DNA of 55,542 nucleotides from a bacterium (GCA_027002475.1 JALWZS010000018.1:1093-56634); one strand, 5' to 3'; counted from the first letter of the stretch, positions 30,765-40,706 are shown. Made by a program: numbers and translations. Notes: a model not told the origin generated them from the sequence alone.

Positions 30765-32117
30765 TTATCGTACCCGCAGTTTGACCCAGAAGGGTCTACC
30801 TACAGGTTTGCCACATTCATCATACAGCTGGAATGTGGCTTTTTGTGATCGCCCTTTCTTTTGGGGAACGATCACGGCAGTGACCTTAAAGGTCTTGCCA
30901 GGTTGAGCAGGCTCGACCGTAAAACTCACAAGTTTGAAGTTACCTTTTTCCAGTTTGAGCTGGAAGTCAGCGGTAACTTCATTATCGCCTGTAACCTTAA
31001 AGAGCCAAACTTTTTCAACTTTCTGGCCCTTCTTAACCTTACTCCCATCAGGGAGCGTGACGTCCTTCTGGAACTTCAAGGACGTGCCACACACCTTTGC
31101 AGGAGTGGGGGTAGTGGTTGGGGTCGGCGTGATGATTGGGGTTGAGGTCGCTTCGGGCGTGGGTGTTGCTGTGGGGGGGGGTGTGGGTATCTCCAACGCT
31201 GGCTGGTCGACCAGCCAGGTCGGCATTTGTCCCCCACCAAGCTTCGTTAACTTTTGAGAACTTGGTGAGATGTGCCACACTTGGCACCCTCCATAGCAGA
31301 AGAAACCGTAGTCCTCCACGGCTTCCTCCCCTGCCCGTGTAAATACAATGCCATTGGGTCCCCATTCAGGGTCAATAGCATCGCCCACCTCAGTCAGCCA
31401 CTCGCTTTGGCGCGTCACCAAGTTGAGGGTTTTCAAGTCCCACCCTTTGTCGCTTCTGGCGGCGAAGACAAGCTTCGTGCCATCAGGGGAGAAGCTGGGG
31501 AAAATACCCTCTACCTGTAGGTCTTCGCGAGTGATTTTTCCGTCAAGATTCGCGGTTGCGAGCCAAAGGTCCCACTCACCTTCGCGCTTGCCCTTTTGCG
31601 ACCAGGCGATTTGCCCCGCGGGGCCTAGGGCAGGGGTGATGGCTTGAGTGGCAAGGTTAAGCCGAATGTCATCGGGATAGATGACAATCGTGCTTTTCGG
31701 ATTCTCAAAATTAGAATAATCCGTTTGCACGAATACGGCTTTCCCACCGACTGAGGGGCCTAGAAATTCGCCACCCTCTGGTAGAGTGGCGAGGGGACTT
31801 TTTCCCCGAATATCCACCAAAAGCGTTCCTTGGGGATCTTCGGAGAAGGCAAAGTAAGAAGATGGCCAAGCGAGCCCCATGTCGCTCCATTTGGACTCGA
31901 ACGACTCTTTCTCGCCAGTATGAAGATCTTTTTGGACCAATTGACCGGAGTCGTTGACCCAAAGAACTTTACCGACCGGTTTTTCCTCTGCCACCTTGAC
32001 CGGTGTCGGAGGTGGCGTCGGGGTTAATGCTGGAGGGGGAGGCTGGCTGGCTTTCCAGCCTAGCCATATGGCGAATATGGCTAGCAGGACCAGCCCACCT
32101 ACTTTTGTGAATCTCAT
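30765..32117 (-). CDS. membrane-anchored TolB-like beta-propeller plus NBR1-type Ig-like domain protein
   Basis: PSFSPDGTKLVF (PD40 repeat), PT linkers, FQKDVTLPDG...KVW signature. Confidence 0.75.
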   Translation of the reverse strand: MRFTKVGGLVLLAIFAIWLGWKASQPPPPALTPTPPPTPVKVAEEKPVGKVLWVNDSGQLVQKDLHTGEKESFESKWSDMGLAWPSSYFAFSEDPQGTLLVDIRGKSPLATLPEGGEFLGPSVGGKAVFVQTDYSNFENPKSTIVIYPDDIRLNLATQAITPALGPAGQIAWSQKGKREGEWDLWLATANLDGKITREDLQVEGIFPSFSPDGTKLVFAARSDKGWDLKTLNLVTRQSEWLTEVGDAIDPEWGPNGIVFTRAGEEAVEDYGFFCYGGCQVWHISPSSQKLTKLGGGQMPTWLVDQPALEIPTPPPTATPTPEATSTPIITPTPTTTPTPAKVCGTSLKFQKDVTLPDGSKVKKGQKVEKVWLFKVTGDNEVTADFQLKLEKGNFKLVSFTVEPAQPGKTFKVTAVIVPQKKGRSQKATFQLYDECGKPVGRPFWVKLRVR

Positions 32118-32258
32118 AATTTTTCTCCTTGTGAGAGATGGTGGTTGATTGTTGGGTTGATGAGAATTTGAGTTGTGTTTTTACACATAAACTCATGACA
32201 AATGAAAACGATTTAGTCTTCATCTAGCATGAATTAAGGTGTCCGCGAGGACAGGGGG

Positions 32259-34010
32259 TTACCCCTGCCCTCGCTCGATGGTTAGCTCGTTAACTACATC
32301 GGCAACGCGTTTGCCGTTTACCGATGCTTGACTCAGTGCCTTACCAAGTTCGCTTAACTGGACTTGGGCCTCGAATAAACGAGTGACAAGGCCACTGTTT
32401 AGTTTCCGGATCGATGGATCATACTGCTGTAAAACCCGAAGGTATTGCTGCTTCGAGATTTCGCGATGTGATCCATTTGTCCTTTCCGCGGAAGGCTTGG
32501 ACTCCGCTGGGCGGCGTGTACCGTCACCCCGTCGTCTTTCGGCAAGTTCAGCCTCATCGATTAGAAGCTGTGCGACCCGCCGCATTGCTTTGGGCGTCTC
32601 TAATGCTTTCAGTACAGCGTTAAAGGCATACCCAACGACAAGATCTGTCCCTCGCAGAAGATGCATGAGCCGTCCAGCTTCCTCGGCCCATTGTTCCTCC
32701 TGCTCGCGCTCATGGGTTTTATCTTCTTGAGCCCAGAGCGCTTGCCAGGCCGCAACGGCTTCGTCCCAAGGAACACAAACATGCCCTTGTTCGCGGTTAC
32801 ACTCAGCAAGTTGATGAAGGTATTTTAAAGCCGCCTGGGGGTTTTTCTGCCGCGCGCAGCGCTCGCGGACCTGCTGATGTACCCATAATCGTTCAGGGTC
32901 GTTTTGGAACATCAAATCCGGGCGCCGCGTAGTGGTGTCATTACCCGTCATCGAAAGTGAAGGGTAGCTAACACCTGCGGTTTTGGGGCGATGCATCCAC
33001 ACGGTGGTGGAGTTGGGGCCCCCAACGGCGTCGAATATGTTACTGTTGCTCTTCGACCCCATTAAGGCCGCAAAAATGCCAGTGATGCTGGCGTCGTGGC
33101 CCTCGGGTCCCATGCCGACGGTTTGTACCATCGGTAACATCGCTTCGTTTAATGCCCGCGCAGGGATGCCGCCACTTGTAGCGGCAGACCCCTCGTAATG
33201 TGGGGCATAAACGAACTTTGCCAGCCCTGCAAGCGAATCCACGATAAAGATAACGTGATACCCACTCTCGTACAACCGAATAGCGAGCAACTTCGCTGCG
33301 TCAGCAACGATTCTTGCCGCTAAGTTACGGTTGTTTTGAGTTGGGTTAGCAAGTGATGGAGACTTCGAGTTGCTTAGTCCAACTAAAGCCTGGAAGTGGT
33401 ACAAAGGTACCCTCCCGGCGTATTGGGCAAGCAGCTTTTCGGTCTCTGTAACATCATGCGTTCGTTCTCCTGCTTGGAGGTGAACGAATGCCATCTTTTT
33501 CCAGTTTTGCCCTGCGAGCTCGAGGAGACTTTGTTCAACCTTGAGGATGGTCGTAGTCTTCCCTGAGCCAAAGTCTCCCGCGGACATTACTTGAGACCCA
33601 GGGCCAATTGGGGCAATTGCTCGCAGTGCGCGGGTTGTTGGATCTCGAGTAATATCGATGGGCCATTCCTCACGAGGATAGCCCAAGCGATTCCCCGATG
33701 TCTCGACATGGTCGGCAAACCATGGTCTGTTTTTGACCATTTCGTAGTCTACCAAGCCATTGACGGAGATGATTCCGGCAACCACTTTGCCATGTCGAGT
33801 AAAACTAATTTCATCCATTTCCCGCAGCCCCCACTGTTCTACAAGCTGGGGGGGGATCAATGGGCGTTTCCTCGCTGTTATCGCGAGGTTGGGATGCTCT
33901 TGTAGTGCCTTCTGAGGCACTACAAAGAAGTCGTACCCTTTCCCTTTAGTGGAAAGGATGGGGATTACAAATCCCCTTACGACTTTTTGGTCCTCAGTAG
34001 TTGTTGGCAC
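32259..34010 (-). CDS. divergent Rho-family (Rho/F1/V1-like RecA fold) ATPase with N-terminal OB-like domain and C-terminal extension
   Basis: APIGPGSQ, GDFGSGKTT, GERTHDVTE, GYHVIFIVDSL, SGG, SITGIFAAL, YPSL...TRRPDL are collinear with Rho motifs; GTG start with AAGGAGG. Confidence 0.8.
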   Translation of the reverse strand: MPTTTEDQKVVRGFVIPILSTKGKGYDFFVVPQKALQEHPNLAITARKRPLIPPQLVEQWGLREMDEISFTRHGKVVAGIISVNGLVDYEMVKNRPWFADHVETSGNRLGYPREEWPIDITRDPTTRALRAIAPIGPGSQVMSAGDFGSGKTTTILKVEQSLLELAGQNWKKMAFVHLQAGERTHDVTETEKLLAQYAGRVPLYHFQALVGLSNSKSPSLANPTQNNRNLAARIVADAAKLLAIRLYESGYHVIFIVDSLAGLAKFVYAPHYEGSAATSGGIPARALNEAMLPMVQTVGMGPEGHDASITGIFAALMGSKSNSNIFDAVGGPNSTTVWMHRPKTAGVSYPSLSMTGNDTTTRRPDLMFQNDPERLWVHQQVRERCARQKNPQAALKYLHQLAECNREQGHVCVPWDEAVAAWQALWAQEDKTHEREQEEQWAEEAGRLMHLLRGTDLVVGYAFNAVLKALETPKAMRRVAQLLIDEAELAERRRGDGTRRPAESKPSAERTNGSHREISKQQYLRVLQQYDPSIRKLNSGLVTRLFEAQVQLSELGKALSQASVNGKRVADVVNELTIERGQG

Positions 34011-34145
34011 TACAAATCCTCCTTGAGTGATTTTAACAATTAATAAATTTTTGGCCTTCTTATGGGCCGATTAATAAATTCATTGGTGCATGAATTTATT
34101 AATCGACCGGGAATGCCCATCCTCTATGAGAAGGACGGGCATTCC

Positions 34146-36197
34146 CTATTTAAAGTGGACTGAAACGGTTAAATACTGCCCGTTCCGAGACCACGTTATT
34201 ACTGCGGTCTTGTTTGTCCTGTTTTGCAGGATTATTGGGCTTCCTGGACACACTATCGCTGTATGGAGGTATTTCCTCCACGGCGTTGCATGGTGTCTGG
34301 GGGCTCGTAGCACTGCAATGCCAGGAGTCTTTCTGGCTAAGCTTACGAGCATGGAGGCGTTGTAACAAGTGCCTCCCCCAATATATCCCGCAGCGACTCG
34401 GTAGCCACGCCAACCATTCTTGACATCGCTCATTGTACAGAAGTTCCACTTCTGCCCCGGAGCAATTTGAATGGTTTGGTTGCGCCGCGCCCACAAAAAA
34501 ACGTTAAACTTCTCACCGTCATTTTGTGGCGCGACCCTCCAGCTTCCAAAGTTGTAAGTCACGGAGTAGGTTCCGTTAACATTACTCGTTGGAAGAGAAG
34601 GGGTGGTTGTGGACTGAGACGTTTTTGAGGGGATATTTGCAGGGTACACAATCCTCCCTTTCATAGGACCCTTGTAAGCGCCGGGAGGTACTGTGCAGAA
34701 CTTGCAGTATCTCATAGCGCTTCTTGGGAAGACTCTGCTTGGCGGAATCCTACCCCCATGGAAGATTTCCATATGGGTGTGGGGCCAGCTAGTAATGCCT
34801 GTCCTCCCAAGGTGCCCTACTGGCGTACTGGCTGTTACGCGTTGACCAGCACGCACGAGAACCCGTCCGTCTTTTCTAGGGACGTTCATTCGACGGACGA
34901 TTGTTCTATTGTTTTCATTCGCCAGATGACAAAGGTAGGCTTTATACCCGCCATCCAAACGAATGATTACCCAGCACCCGTACCCACCAGCGTTGTTGCA
35001 TCCTGCATACTGCACAACGCCATTGCCTGGAGAGTACACAACTGCTCCTATTGGAGCAGAGATGTCCCAGGCTAGTACACTACCTCTCCTTGGGTTTGTA
35101 TGATCTTTCTCGTCTGATGAAAGAACATTCGAGTAAAGAGGCAGATACAGGTACTGACCTATAAACAGGTTGTAGGAACGAACCCTACCTGTCGTCGGAC
35201 CAGCAGGTGGTTGGCTGGGATTGGTGTTGTAGATTTCTTCGGCTTGCCGGTAGAACTCGGCATCATCAATTTCTGGAGCAAGTCCGAGGATCTTTAGGAA
35301 TCCGTAGGCTAGGTTTTTCCACCAGCTATTATTGATCTGTTCAGACCATGTAACAGCTCCCAAACTACTGATCCCATCGGCATCACCAAGGTATTGTCGG
35401 TACTCGTTCGCCGACTCTACCATTCGGGTGATCCAAGGCTTATGGTGATTCCATCTCCATAAAGCCTTGATTTGTTGGTCGGGGCGCGCTGTCTTATCCC
35501 ATCCGATTCTGGCCAGCTCAGCAGCCATAAGGTGCATGGCTGTATCTGGATTCCAGAGATCGAAAGGTGGTTCAACCACGTCCCTGTTCATCCATGCCGT
35601 GTACGGCATGAATTGCGAACAGCCGAGGGCTCCCGCCCCCCGAGATCCTTTTACCGAATTAAGTGAATAATCCGGTCCGATGTATTTGGATGAAAATGAA
35701 TTAGGATCACTCCTAATGTCATACTTCTTCCACATCGGCAGGAAGAAATCTCGGAGTTTAGCAAGGTCGTTATTGAAACCTCGCTTCCGGAGCTCCTCAG
35801 CGGCAGAAGCCGTTCCTGCATTCGAGCAGTTCCCGGACTCACTTCGAGTAAGCCGGATGTAAATCGCTCGGTCGCAGGATTTTAGCTTTTTAGGGTCATC
35901 ACGGAATTGCTCTTTACACCAGACCTCCGTGGCGGTTGCCCGCTGTAGGAGATCAGGGGGGATATTGAGCTTTTCCACAATTTGTTCTTCCCTACTGCTT
36001 AAGTCGTAGCTCGCTGTAATAGCGAGCGGAGAGGTCTGGAGATCAAGGAAATCAATGACTCCCTCGTTCCAGACGCTCTCCGATACCATGTCCCGCATGT
36101 TGTAGAGTACAGCGGCACTGGCACCAAGAGAAACTACCACTATAGCTACGATTAAGGCTAGGAGGATTAATGTGTATTTAGTGACCTGTCCTAACAC
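34146..36197 (-). CDS. cell-wall hydrolase: lytic transglycosylase + M23 peptidase + VanW-like domain
   Basis: N-terminal TM; ESG...GALGCSQFMPYT; WDISAPIGAVVYSPGNG...YLCHL...WPHTHME; GGGTCYNASML. Confidence 0.8.
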   Translation of the reverse strand: MLGQVTKYTLILLALIVAIVVVSLGASAAVLYNMRDMVSESVWNEGVIDFLDLQTSPLAITASYDLSSREEQIVEKLNIPPDLLQRATATEVWCKEQFRDDPKKLKSCDRAIYIRLTRSESGNCSNAGTASAAEELRKRGFNNDLAKLRDFFLPMWKKYDIRSDPNSFSSKYIGPDYSLNSVKGSRGAGALGCSQFMPYTAWMNRDVVEPPFDLWNPDTAMHLMAAELARIGWDKTARPDQQIKALWRWNHHKPWITRMVESANEYRQYLGDADGISSLGAVTWSEQINNSWWKNLAYGFLKILGLAPEIDDAEFYRQAEEIYNTNPSQPPAGPTTGRVRSYNLFIGQYLYLPLYSNVLSSDEKDHTNPRRGSVLAWDISAPIGAVVYSPGNGVVQYAGCNNAGGYGCWVIIRLDGGYKAYLCHLANENNRTIVRRMNVPRKDGRVLVRAGQRVTASTPVGHLGRTGITSWPHTHMEIFHGGRIPPSRVFPRSAMRYCKFCTVPPGAYKGPMKGRIVYPANIPSKTSQSTTTPSLPTSNVNGTYSVTYNFGSWRVAPQNDGEKFNVFLWARRNQTIQIAPGQKWNFCTMSDVKNGWRGYRVAAGYIGGGTCYNASMLVSLARKTPGIAVLRAPRHHATPWRKYLHTAIVCPGSPIILQNRTNKTAVITWSRNGQYLTVSVHFK

Positions 36198-36208
36198 ATT
36201 ATCCTCCT

Positions 36209-38176
36209 TTATCGTTTGATAAGAGAGCTACTCGTGCCGAAGAGTTCGACAATTTTTTCTGGGATATCCGGGGAAAACTCAAACTCCCCTCGAGTAGCGA
36301 ACGGGACTCCAGGGCGTGCAGTGGGGATAAACCCAATCGCTTTTTTGAACCCCGACCCGAGTTCCAGGCGGATACCAAAAGCGATGGAATCCCATGAACC
36401 ACTGGGCCAAGAGTTGAAACTTTCGGCCGAGTGCTCGATGACAATCGTCATCAGCCCCAGTTTGCGACCTGAGACGATCTGAACCTTGATCTGATTTCTC
36501 AGATCGGTACCGACCCGCTCGGACAATTGTCCGTACTGAGTTGTGGGTACGGCAGGTGCAGCTGAGACATCATCGTGGATGATGCTCAGTGGCTGTCCTT
36601 TGAACAGTTCATCCCATGCCGCGAGTAGCTGCTTGAGCCACTCGTTGGCATACGCGGCGAACCGCGTCGGACAACTGCCTTGCGACGCTTGTAACACCGC
36701 AGGCAGTCCAATTGGACGACCATATTTACGCCACTCTTTCTTGAGATTGGCCCAATAGATAGCAATTTCCCGTTTGTCTTGAGCGATTAGGCGCTCAAGT
36801 TCGTGGGCGTTCGAGGCGCCAGGGAGATCGAATCTTATGGGTTGCCCCGTCGATGTGGCTTTTACGTAGTCGTGAATTCTCTCAGGGTTCTGAGAGTAAA
36901 TCACCGTTACTACGTGTTCGGCTGCGTGCTGAGCTGCAAGCGTTTGGGCCATTGTAGACTTGCCGGTGCCCGACTCACCAACGAGTACGACTGATGTCAT
37001 CTCGTCTTGGCGAACAAGGACAGGCCAGCCTGACTTGTGGCCCAAGCACATGTTTCCACTTAGATCTGAAGGATCACGCGGAAGGGCGGTGAATAGGTCT
37101 AGGACTTCTATTCCCTCGATAGGGGCCGTATTCCACGGAAGTGGAGCAGGTCCACCAGGGACAAATGTCTGGAGGGCTTCACGGAGTCCAAACCCGTCCT
37201 CTTCCCAGACGCGAATTTGCTTGGTCTTAGCGACCTTTGCGAGTTCTGCGCCTATATTGTCCAGTGCTTTGGGATCAGTGCTCCCAAAGCGGACTAGTAT
37301 GGTTGCCCATGAGCGGGATGATGTATCTCTCTCAACATGGACCAAGAGATCCACCGGGAGTGCGTCGATGGCATTTGCAAACGCCTCTACACTACGAGGC
37401 AACACTCGCCAGATGGCAAAGTGTTTTTCTCCCAACGTATAGAAATTATGGGAGAAGCTAATTGCCTCAGGAGCTCCTGCGAACAAGACGAAATCTGGAT
37501 TTGGCTGTGTACCGTTGAGGTTTCGACCAAGCATGGTATCCCAAACAAGGGAGGGAAGCCTGGCGAAATCAACTGTGCGAGTGTCCCCAACAGCATCCTG
37601 ACCGCTTTCAGGGATACCGAACCCAGCTGGAGCCCATATTACGAGCTCCTTGCTGGTGAATGGGCGGATGCCTTCCCGCAGAGCGGGTGGAACGGTCCAT
37701 TCACTAAGGGCTTGTAGGACCTGAGCTGTGAGTTGTTCATTGGTTCGCGCTGGGCTCAGTTGCTCTAGAATCGGTCCCAGGGGGACCGGAACCGAGCGGA
37801 TAAACATCGTAAACCATGGCACTCCAGCCAAAAAGAAACTCTCGACGGAGTGTGGCTTACGATACACGGCAGCAGCTCGCCAGCCGCCGCTAAATCGCCC
37901 TGTGGGCTTGATGAGGGCTGTGTTACCGCCCTCGACCCGTGCTGTTTCAATCCCTAGGGTACTTTGGATAGCATGTACCCTTGCTCGAAACGCACGCTCT
38001 TTATCATACAAAGCTAATGCTGAGGGACTAAAATGCTCCTCAACAGCGGGCAGCTTATCGCCCGCTTTGCTCTGTACGATGGCATAGCCCTTGGCTACCT
38101 TTTCGGTTTTGGGCAGGCAGCTTAAAACCGCCTCTACCGCCTTTCGAATAGGCGGTCCCAAGCCTGGTGATGTCAA
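36209..38176 (-). CDS. VirB4/HerA-like P-loop ATPase
   Basis: C-terminal-half Walker A (VGESGTGKS), Walker B (IIHDD), GRKLGL..IVIEH; TTG start with GGAGG. The family call relies partly on gene context. Confidence 0.6.
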   Translation of the reverse strand: MTSPGLGPPIRKAVEAVLSCLPKTEKVAKGYAIVQSKAGDKLPAVEEHFSPSALALYDKERAFRARVHAIQSTLGIETARVEGGNTALIKPTGRFSGGWRAAAVYRKPHSVESFFLAGVPWFTMFIRSVPVPLGPILEQLSPARTNEQLTAQVLQALSEWTVPPALREGIRPFTSKELVIWAPAGFGIPESGQDAVGDTRTVDFARLPSLVWDTMLGRNLNGTQPNPDFVLFAGAPEAISFSHNFYTLGEKHFAIWRVLPRSVEAFANAIDALPVDLLVHVERDTSSRSWATILVRFGSTDPKALDNIGAELAKVAKTKQIRVWEEDGFGLREALQTFVPGGPAPLPWNTAPIEGIEVLDLFTALPRDPSDLSGNMCLGHKSGWPVLVRQDEMTSVVLVGESGTGKSTMAQTLAAQHAAEHVVTVIYSQNPERIHDYVKATSTGQPIRFDLPGASNAHELERLIAQDKREIAIYWANLKKEWRKYGRPIGLPAVLQASQGSCPTRFAAYANEWLKQLLAAWDELFKGQPLSIIHDDVSAAPAVPTTQYGQLSERVGTDLRNQIKVQIVSGRKLGLMTIVIEHSAESFNSWPSGSWDSIAFGIRLELGSGFKKAIGFIPTARPGVPFATRGEFEFSPDIPEKIVELFGTSSSLIKR

Positions 38177-38304
38177 AGGAATCCTCCGTTTGAGTGGTTG
38201 TTGATTGATTGTGTGTTATTGAGATGTTAATCTCATATCTACTTATAACTTAATTTAGTTCTAAATAGATATGAAACAGGGACGACGGATCGCCGTCCCT
38301 GTTG

Positions 38305-38745
38305 TTATTCGGTTGTAGAATCTTCCGCATCACTTCGAGTGATGCTCGTGGAAGAATCTTTTTTTGTTTTTGGTAGCCTAGCCCAGAACCATGACAGGGT
38401 GGGTTGCAGTCTAGCCCAGAGCCACGACAGAGCCTTGCGCCAGTTAGGCGCTTCTGCTCTGTCGAAATGCACTCCAGTCCAGCCTCTTTTGTAGGCAAAT
38501 CTCGCCCAGAGGTTCATGACCTCACCATACGCCAAGTACACGGCGTAGAAGGTCAGAAAGAACCCTACGGCGTACATTACCGCCGTGAAGAGCCGGGTGC
38601 TGAGCATAAACGTGCTCAGAGCAACTACAAACCCCACCATAGCAACATACAGCCACTTGACGTGGATGTATGTGTCCTCGCTACCAATTTGAACGACTTT
38701 TGTGGGGTCGTGCCAAAAGCGCACTAACTGTTTCCAGGGGTTCAT
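38305..38745 (-). CDS. two-TM protein, VirB3/PrgI/TcpE-like by position
   Basis: Two adjacent TM helices; lies directly upstream of the ATPase; ATGA-coupled to the previous gene. Confidence 0.5.
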   Translation of the reverse strand: MNPWKQLVRFWHDPTKVVQIGSEDTYIHVKWLYVAMVGFVVALSTFMLSTRLFTAVMYAVGFFLTFYAVYLAYGEVMNLWARFAYKRGWTGVHFDRAEAPNWRKALSWLWARLQPTLSWFWARLPKTKKDSSTSITRSDAEDSTTE

Positions 38746-40145
38746 GCGTCACCCCCTTTAATGTCCGGCGCATTGGTGGGAGGAGGGAAGACTATTTGCC
38801 CTTCGTGGGCAATGGTTCCCCCATTGTCGTCCACGATCTTCTTTGACGCCCTCTTAATCTCGGGGTCGTCAGGGGATACGTAGACGATAGTTCCGTCGTC
38901 GCGTCGCTCCCGTACAAGCTGTACCGCGTCGTCGACCGCCGCTTTCACCACTGGTGCGGCTTCAGGCGCGCCAGCAGCAGTAGTTGCCACAGCGGCAACG
39001 TTGCCTGCTTGTTTAAGAGCGCCTTCTCCAACCGCCTTAACCTTTGATGGTTTATCTTTACCTGTGTTGGGCGCTTGGGGTGGTGGAGTAGCTTGAGCGA
39101 CGTCTCCGTTTGGGTCAGTGGGACCAGGTAGCCGCTTTTTAGTTGGCGCTGGGGTAACCACCACTGGTCCTCCTCCTGGCGGAGGCGGTGGGACTGGGCG
39201 CCATGTTGCGTCCACCCAGCCGTCGTCGCTCTCTCCGCCGCCGTTGCCCGAGCTTTGTGGCGCTCCAGTGGTTTGAGAGCTCTCAGTGCTAGTGTCTGGC
39301 TCACTCCGGAACTTATTAATTAGCCATGCAGCGGTGAGCTCGTCACCGATGCCCGCATCTCCGAAGAAACCGGAGATTTTCCCCTTGATATCTACGTTTT
39401 GGCCGATCATACCTAAGCCAAAGTAGATGATCAAAGGGCTTAGCATCGTGACTCCCGCTAAGAACCCAATCACCATGAGGTAAATCGAGTTCATGTTGGC
39501 GAGCGTTGAGCCCACCACGCCTTCTGGTTTAAACCCTGCCATCATGTCGACCGCTACTTTGTACAGGCGACCGAACATGGCAAAGGTAAAATACCCGCCC
39601 ATCCAGGCAACAAACGGGCGAGCGGAACCAGAGAAGACAACCCACCACATGACAATTGGGAAAGATAGGATGATTACAATTTCCCACCCGTAGTGCCATG
39701 CGATGAGTGTTTTGGTGGCGGCTACAAAGGCAAAAGCCGTTGCTGGATTTGCGTCGGCTGTGAAATTGCCAATAACAAACCCTAACGATTTTCGCACATA
39801 GTTGAAAGTCAGGTCATCAGGCCAGAGTTGCAGACCCATTTTATGAAATTCAACTATAATCATGGAGCCGAACGCGACAGCTGAGTCTAGCCAGACCCAC
39901 TTTATAACCTCAGCCCATTTTCCGTTCGGTAGGGCTTTGGCTATAAAGATCAGGCTGAAAACGATTACGGGAATGGCTAGAACTGTTAAGTGCTCGATAA
40001 GCGATCCCTTAAGCGGGACGAATGCCGCGCTTTTAAACGGAACTGCTTTTTCAAGCAATTTGCCGACCTGGTCGTCGGCGCTGCAGCTTGACAAGATCAC
40101 TGGCAGCAGTCCGACGACCAGAAGTCGCAGGCGTTGTACTCTCAT
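38742..40145 (-). CDS. polytopic membrane protein with G/P-rich tail, VirB6/TrbL-like by architecture
   Basis: Lipobox-like ILSSC; about 6 TM segments; long low-complexity C-terminus. Confidence 0.55.
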   Translation of the reverse strand: MRVQRLRLLVVGLLPVILSSCSADDQVGKLLEKAVPFKSAAFVPLKGSLIEHLTVLAIPVIVFSLIFIAKALPNGKWAEVIKWVWLDSAVAFGSMIIVEFHKMGLQLWPDDLTFNYVRKSLGFVIGNFTADANPATAFAFVAATKTLIAWHYGWEIVIILSFPIVMWWVVFSGSARPFVAWMGGYFTFAMFGRLYKVAVDMMAGFKPEGVVGSTLANMNSIYLMVIGFLAGVTMLSPLIIYFGLGMIGQNVDIKGKISGFFGDAGIGDELTAAWLINKFRSEPDTSTESSQTTGAPQSSGNGGGESDDGWVDATWRPVPPPPPGGGPVVVTPAPTKKRLPGPTDPNGDVAQATPPPQAPNTGKDKPSKVKAVGEGALKQAGNVAAVATTAAGAPEAAPVVKAAVDDAVQLVRERRDDGTIVYVSPDDPEIKRASKKIVDDNGGTIAHEGQIVFPPPTNAPDIKGGDA

Positions 40146-40384
40146 AGGGCTTTAATTACCTGATTAGCCTTCTGAAAGAGACTCTGCCAAATCTTGCCCA
40201 TGTAGGGTGCAAGCCAGCCAGATTTGGGATGGCCCAGCAGTTCGGGAACTGCGATGACCAGGAGCGAAACGAAGAAGAGCCCGATGATCAAATTTTGCCA
40301 ATCCATCTTGAGTCCTCTTTTGATGAGGACAATAAGTAAGATGATGGCAATGATCAGTAGTGCAACGTTAGTCAAAACGCTCAT
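40142..40384 (-). CDS. small two-TM pilin (VirB2)-like protein (80 aa)
   Basis: AAGGAG RBS before ATG 40384; two hydrophobic helices separated by KRGLKMD. Confidence 0.5.
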   Translation of the reverse strand: MSVLTNVALLIIAIILLIVLIKRGLKMDWQNLIIGLFFVSLLVIAVPELLGHPKSGWLAPYMGKIWQSLFQKANQVIKAL

Positions 40385-40706
40385 TGTTTTTCTCCTTTTT
40401 AAGAGAGAGTGAGGGTGAAAAGAAAAGAGTTTTGGCCCGATTGATTGTCGGGTTGTCTTACCCGGTGACTGTTTCGTCATCAGGTAAGGCAACCCTCCCA
40501 GAACGTGTCTGAGAAAGGCTGCTTGGGCTTTTTAGGTAAAAGCCTACACCCTAACAATCAACCACTCAAGGATTTTGGTTATCTTGATTGATTGTTAACG
40601 TGCTCATTGCTAAGCTCGATAACAATGAAAACCTCCGCTATGGGCGGTTTTGTTTTGTCATCGAGAGCTGTTGTGAGGACGGCGGTTGCCCGTCGCCCTC
40701 ACTAGC

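Noticed and set aside
32259-34010. Housekeeping rho or ATP synthase subunit gene symbol
   Set aside because: Too divergent from canonical Rho motifs, and no other atp/ntp genes are adjacent.
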